A stretch of DNA of 64,000 bases from Macrostomum lignano (Eukaryota): NCBI GenBank assembly GCA_002269645.1, contig NIVC01000566.1, positions 372,001 through 436,000 on the forward strand, in the 5' to 3' direction. The position numbers and the translations under genes were made by a program. The notes under the pieces are model-generated. The model saw nothing but the letters and a program-made list of their open reading frames with translations. It was not told the DNA's origin and did no database searches. Positions 62,643-64,000 of this stretch are shown one piece after another (position 1 is the first letter of the stretch; each line of letters opens with the position of its first letter).

Positions 62643-64000
62643 TGCTGCGGCTTGAATAATTAATCAAAAAAGGTTTTGTTCGGTATTTGGAAACTGGTAT
62701 GAGCTGAGCATTTAAAATTAAATTTCTTTCCAAGCAGCCGGTGCTCAGGTAGGAAGGCAGTGAAAGAATGGAATTCGTTGAAACTTTGAGGCAAGAAGTC
62801 GTGCAGCATGCCGACTGTTCTCTCGTTTGCAATCTCTCCGAATTTAAAATCGATATTTTCAACTATTTTAGTGCTTTCTTGAGTAACGGTGGGGTTGGAA
62901 CTTCTTGGAACTATTGCTTCTGAATTATGAATTCTTCTGGCAGAATTCATTTTAAATTTTGCTGTTGAGCTCTGCTGCTACCTTAAACTTTTTAAGTTAA
63001 CTAGCTCGTATTTGGGCGACAATTTTAAAACAAAACTAAAACTTAAAACTAAAACAAAATTAACAGAATATAGGCTGACTGAGAGCTGCTTGACCTCGGG
63101 TCATCTCGGGTCAAACAGCTACTGCAGAGGTCGGCGAATTTTTTAACCTTACGCGCAGATAGCGAATCCAGATCATGAGATGAGATGAGGGAAGAGATCG
63201 AATCGGTGAGAGGAGGGGAGAGGAAGAGGAGAGAAAAAGGGACGACAGAGGGGAGAGGGGAGAGGGGAGAGGGGAGAGAGGGAAGAGAAGAAGAGAGGGG
63301 ATAGAACAGAGAGAGCTGAGAAGAGACACAAACCTTGAGCAGGCTGGATTACTATTGTGAAGTTTCGAAGGATCAGAGGGTTGGATAGAGGAGCTTTGAG
63401 GGGCTGCATGTGGCCGGCAGACAGGGTCAGGGAGAGAGCTACTGGGAATACCTGGCTAAGCGTCGTGATTGGCCACGAGCGAATCCATCCACTATTCATT
63501 AAACCTCATTAAACTTCAAATGCTGAAATTGCTTGCGTGAACTCTTCAGAAAACCGCTTTGAACCACGGTCAACCCGAAATCATGCACCAGAGGTACAAA
63601 TACAAGCCAAAAACCTAAGCTGATGTCTCAGACTCGGGGCAGTCGCAGAGGAGACTGAAGCAAGGACTACTAGACTTGCAAGCAAGGAACTGCCGTGGTC
63701 CTTAAATTGGACTAAAGAAAGAAGAAGAAAGAGGCAACTTGCATGGGACCACATCTCTGAGAGAAGAGAGAATTAGATAATACGCTCGTACCGTTTGGTA
63801 AGCGTTGCTAGTCTCTTCGCTATTTGATTGGCGAGAACAGATTAAATGTCAATTAGATTGAGAGAAATTGATTTCTGTTGATTTTATTGAGTTGAAGGCC
63901 TCCTCATTCCAAACAACATCAACAAAAATACGTTGTCAACCAGTCAAGCGTGAGACAACGTCACAGGGCGTGTTTTCAGGGCCTGGGCGCGAACTAGAAT

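Overview
Eukaryotic (invertebrate metazoan) genomic DNA with spliceosomal introns, GC-rich exons, TTAGGG-type motifs and very dense minisatellites. The style suggests a flatworm such as Macrostomum, but this is inference only. About 37.5 kb (14695-52226) is a single Helitron island. Two nearly identical 10.13-kb autonomous Helitrons (9-exon RepHel, 1656 aa; left copy intact, right copy with a 1-nt deletion) converge on a 10-kb non-autonomous Helitron-like unit. That unit carries an 8.4-kb, 23-bp satellite with higher-order structure. Three further non-autonomous units are stacked head-to-tail, and every junction reads CTCG|T or CTAG|TC. Each autonomous copy also carries a second 152-aa coiled-coil ORF followed by its own decayed inverted duplicate. 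Flanking host genes are an NHE6/7/9-type Na+/H+ exchanger (5' part), a small spliced HMG-box-like gene, a GPI-anchored Ly6/uPAR gene and a secreted fibrinogen-domain (FReD) gene. Other mobile DNA comprises a 5'-truncated RTE-clade LINE, a tRNA-derived SINE, a foldback element and a MITE.
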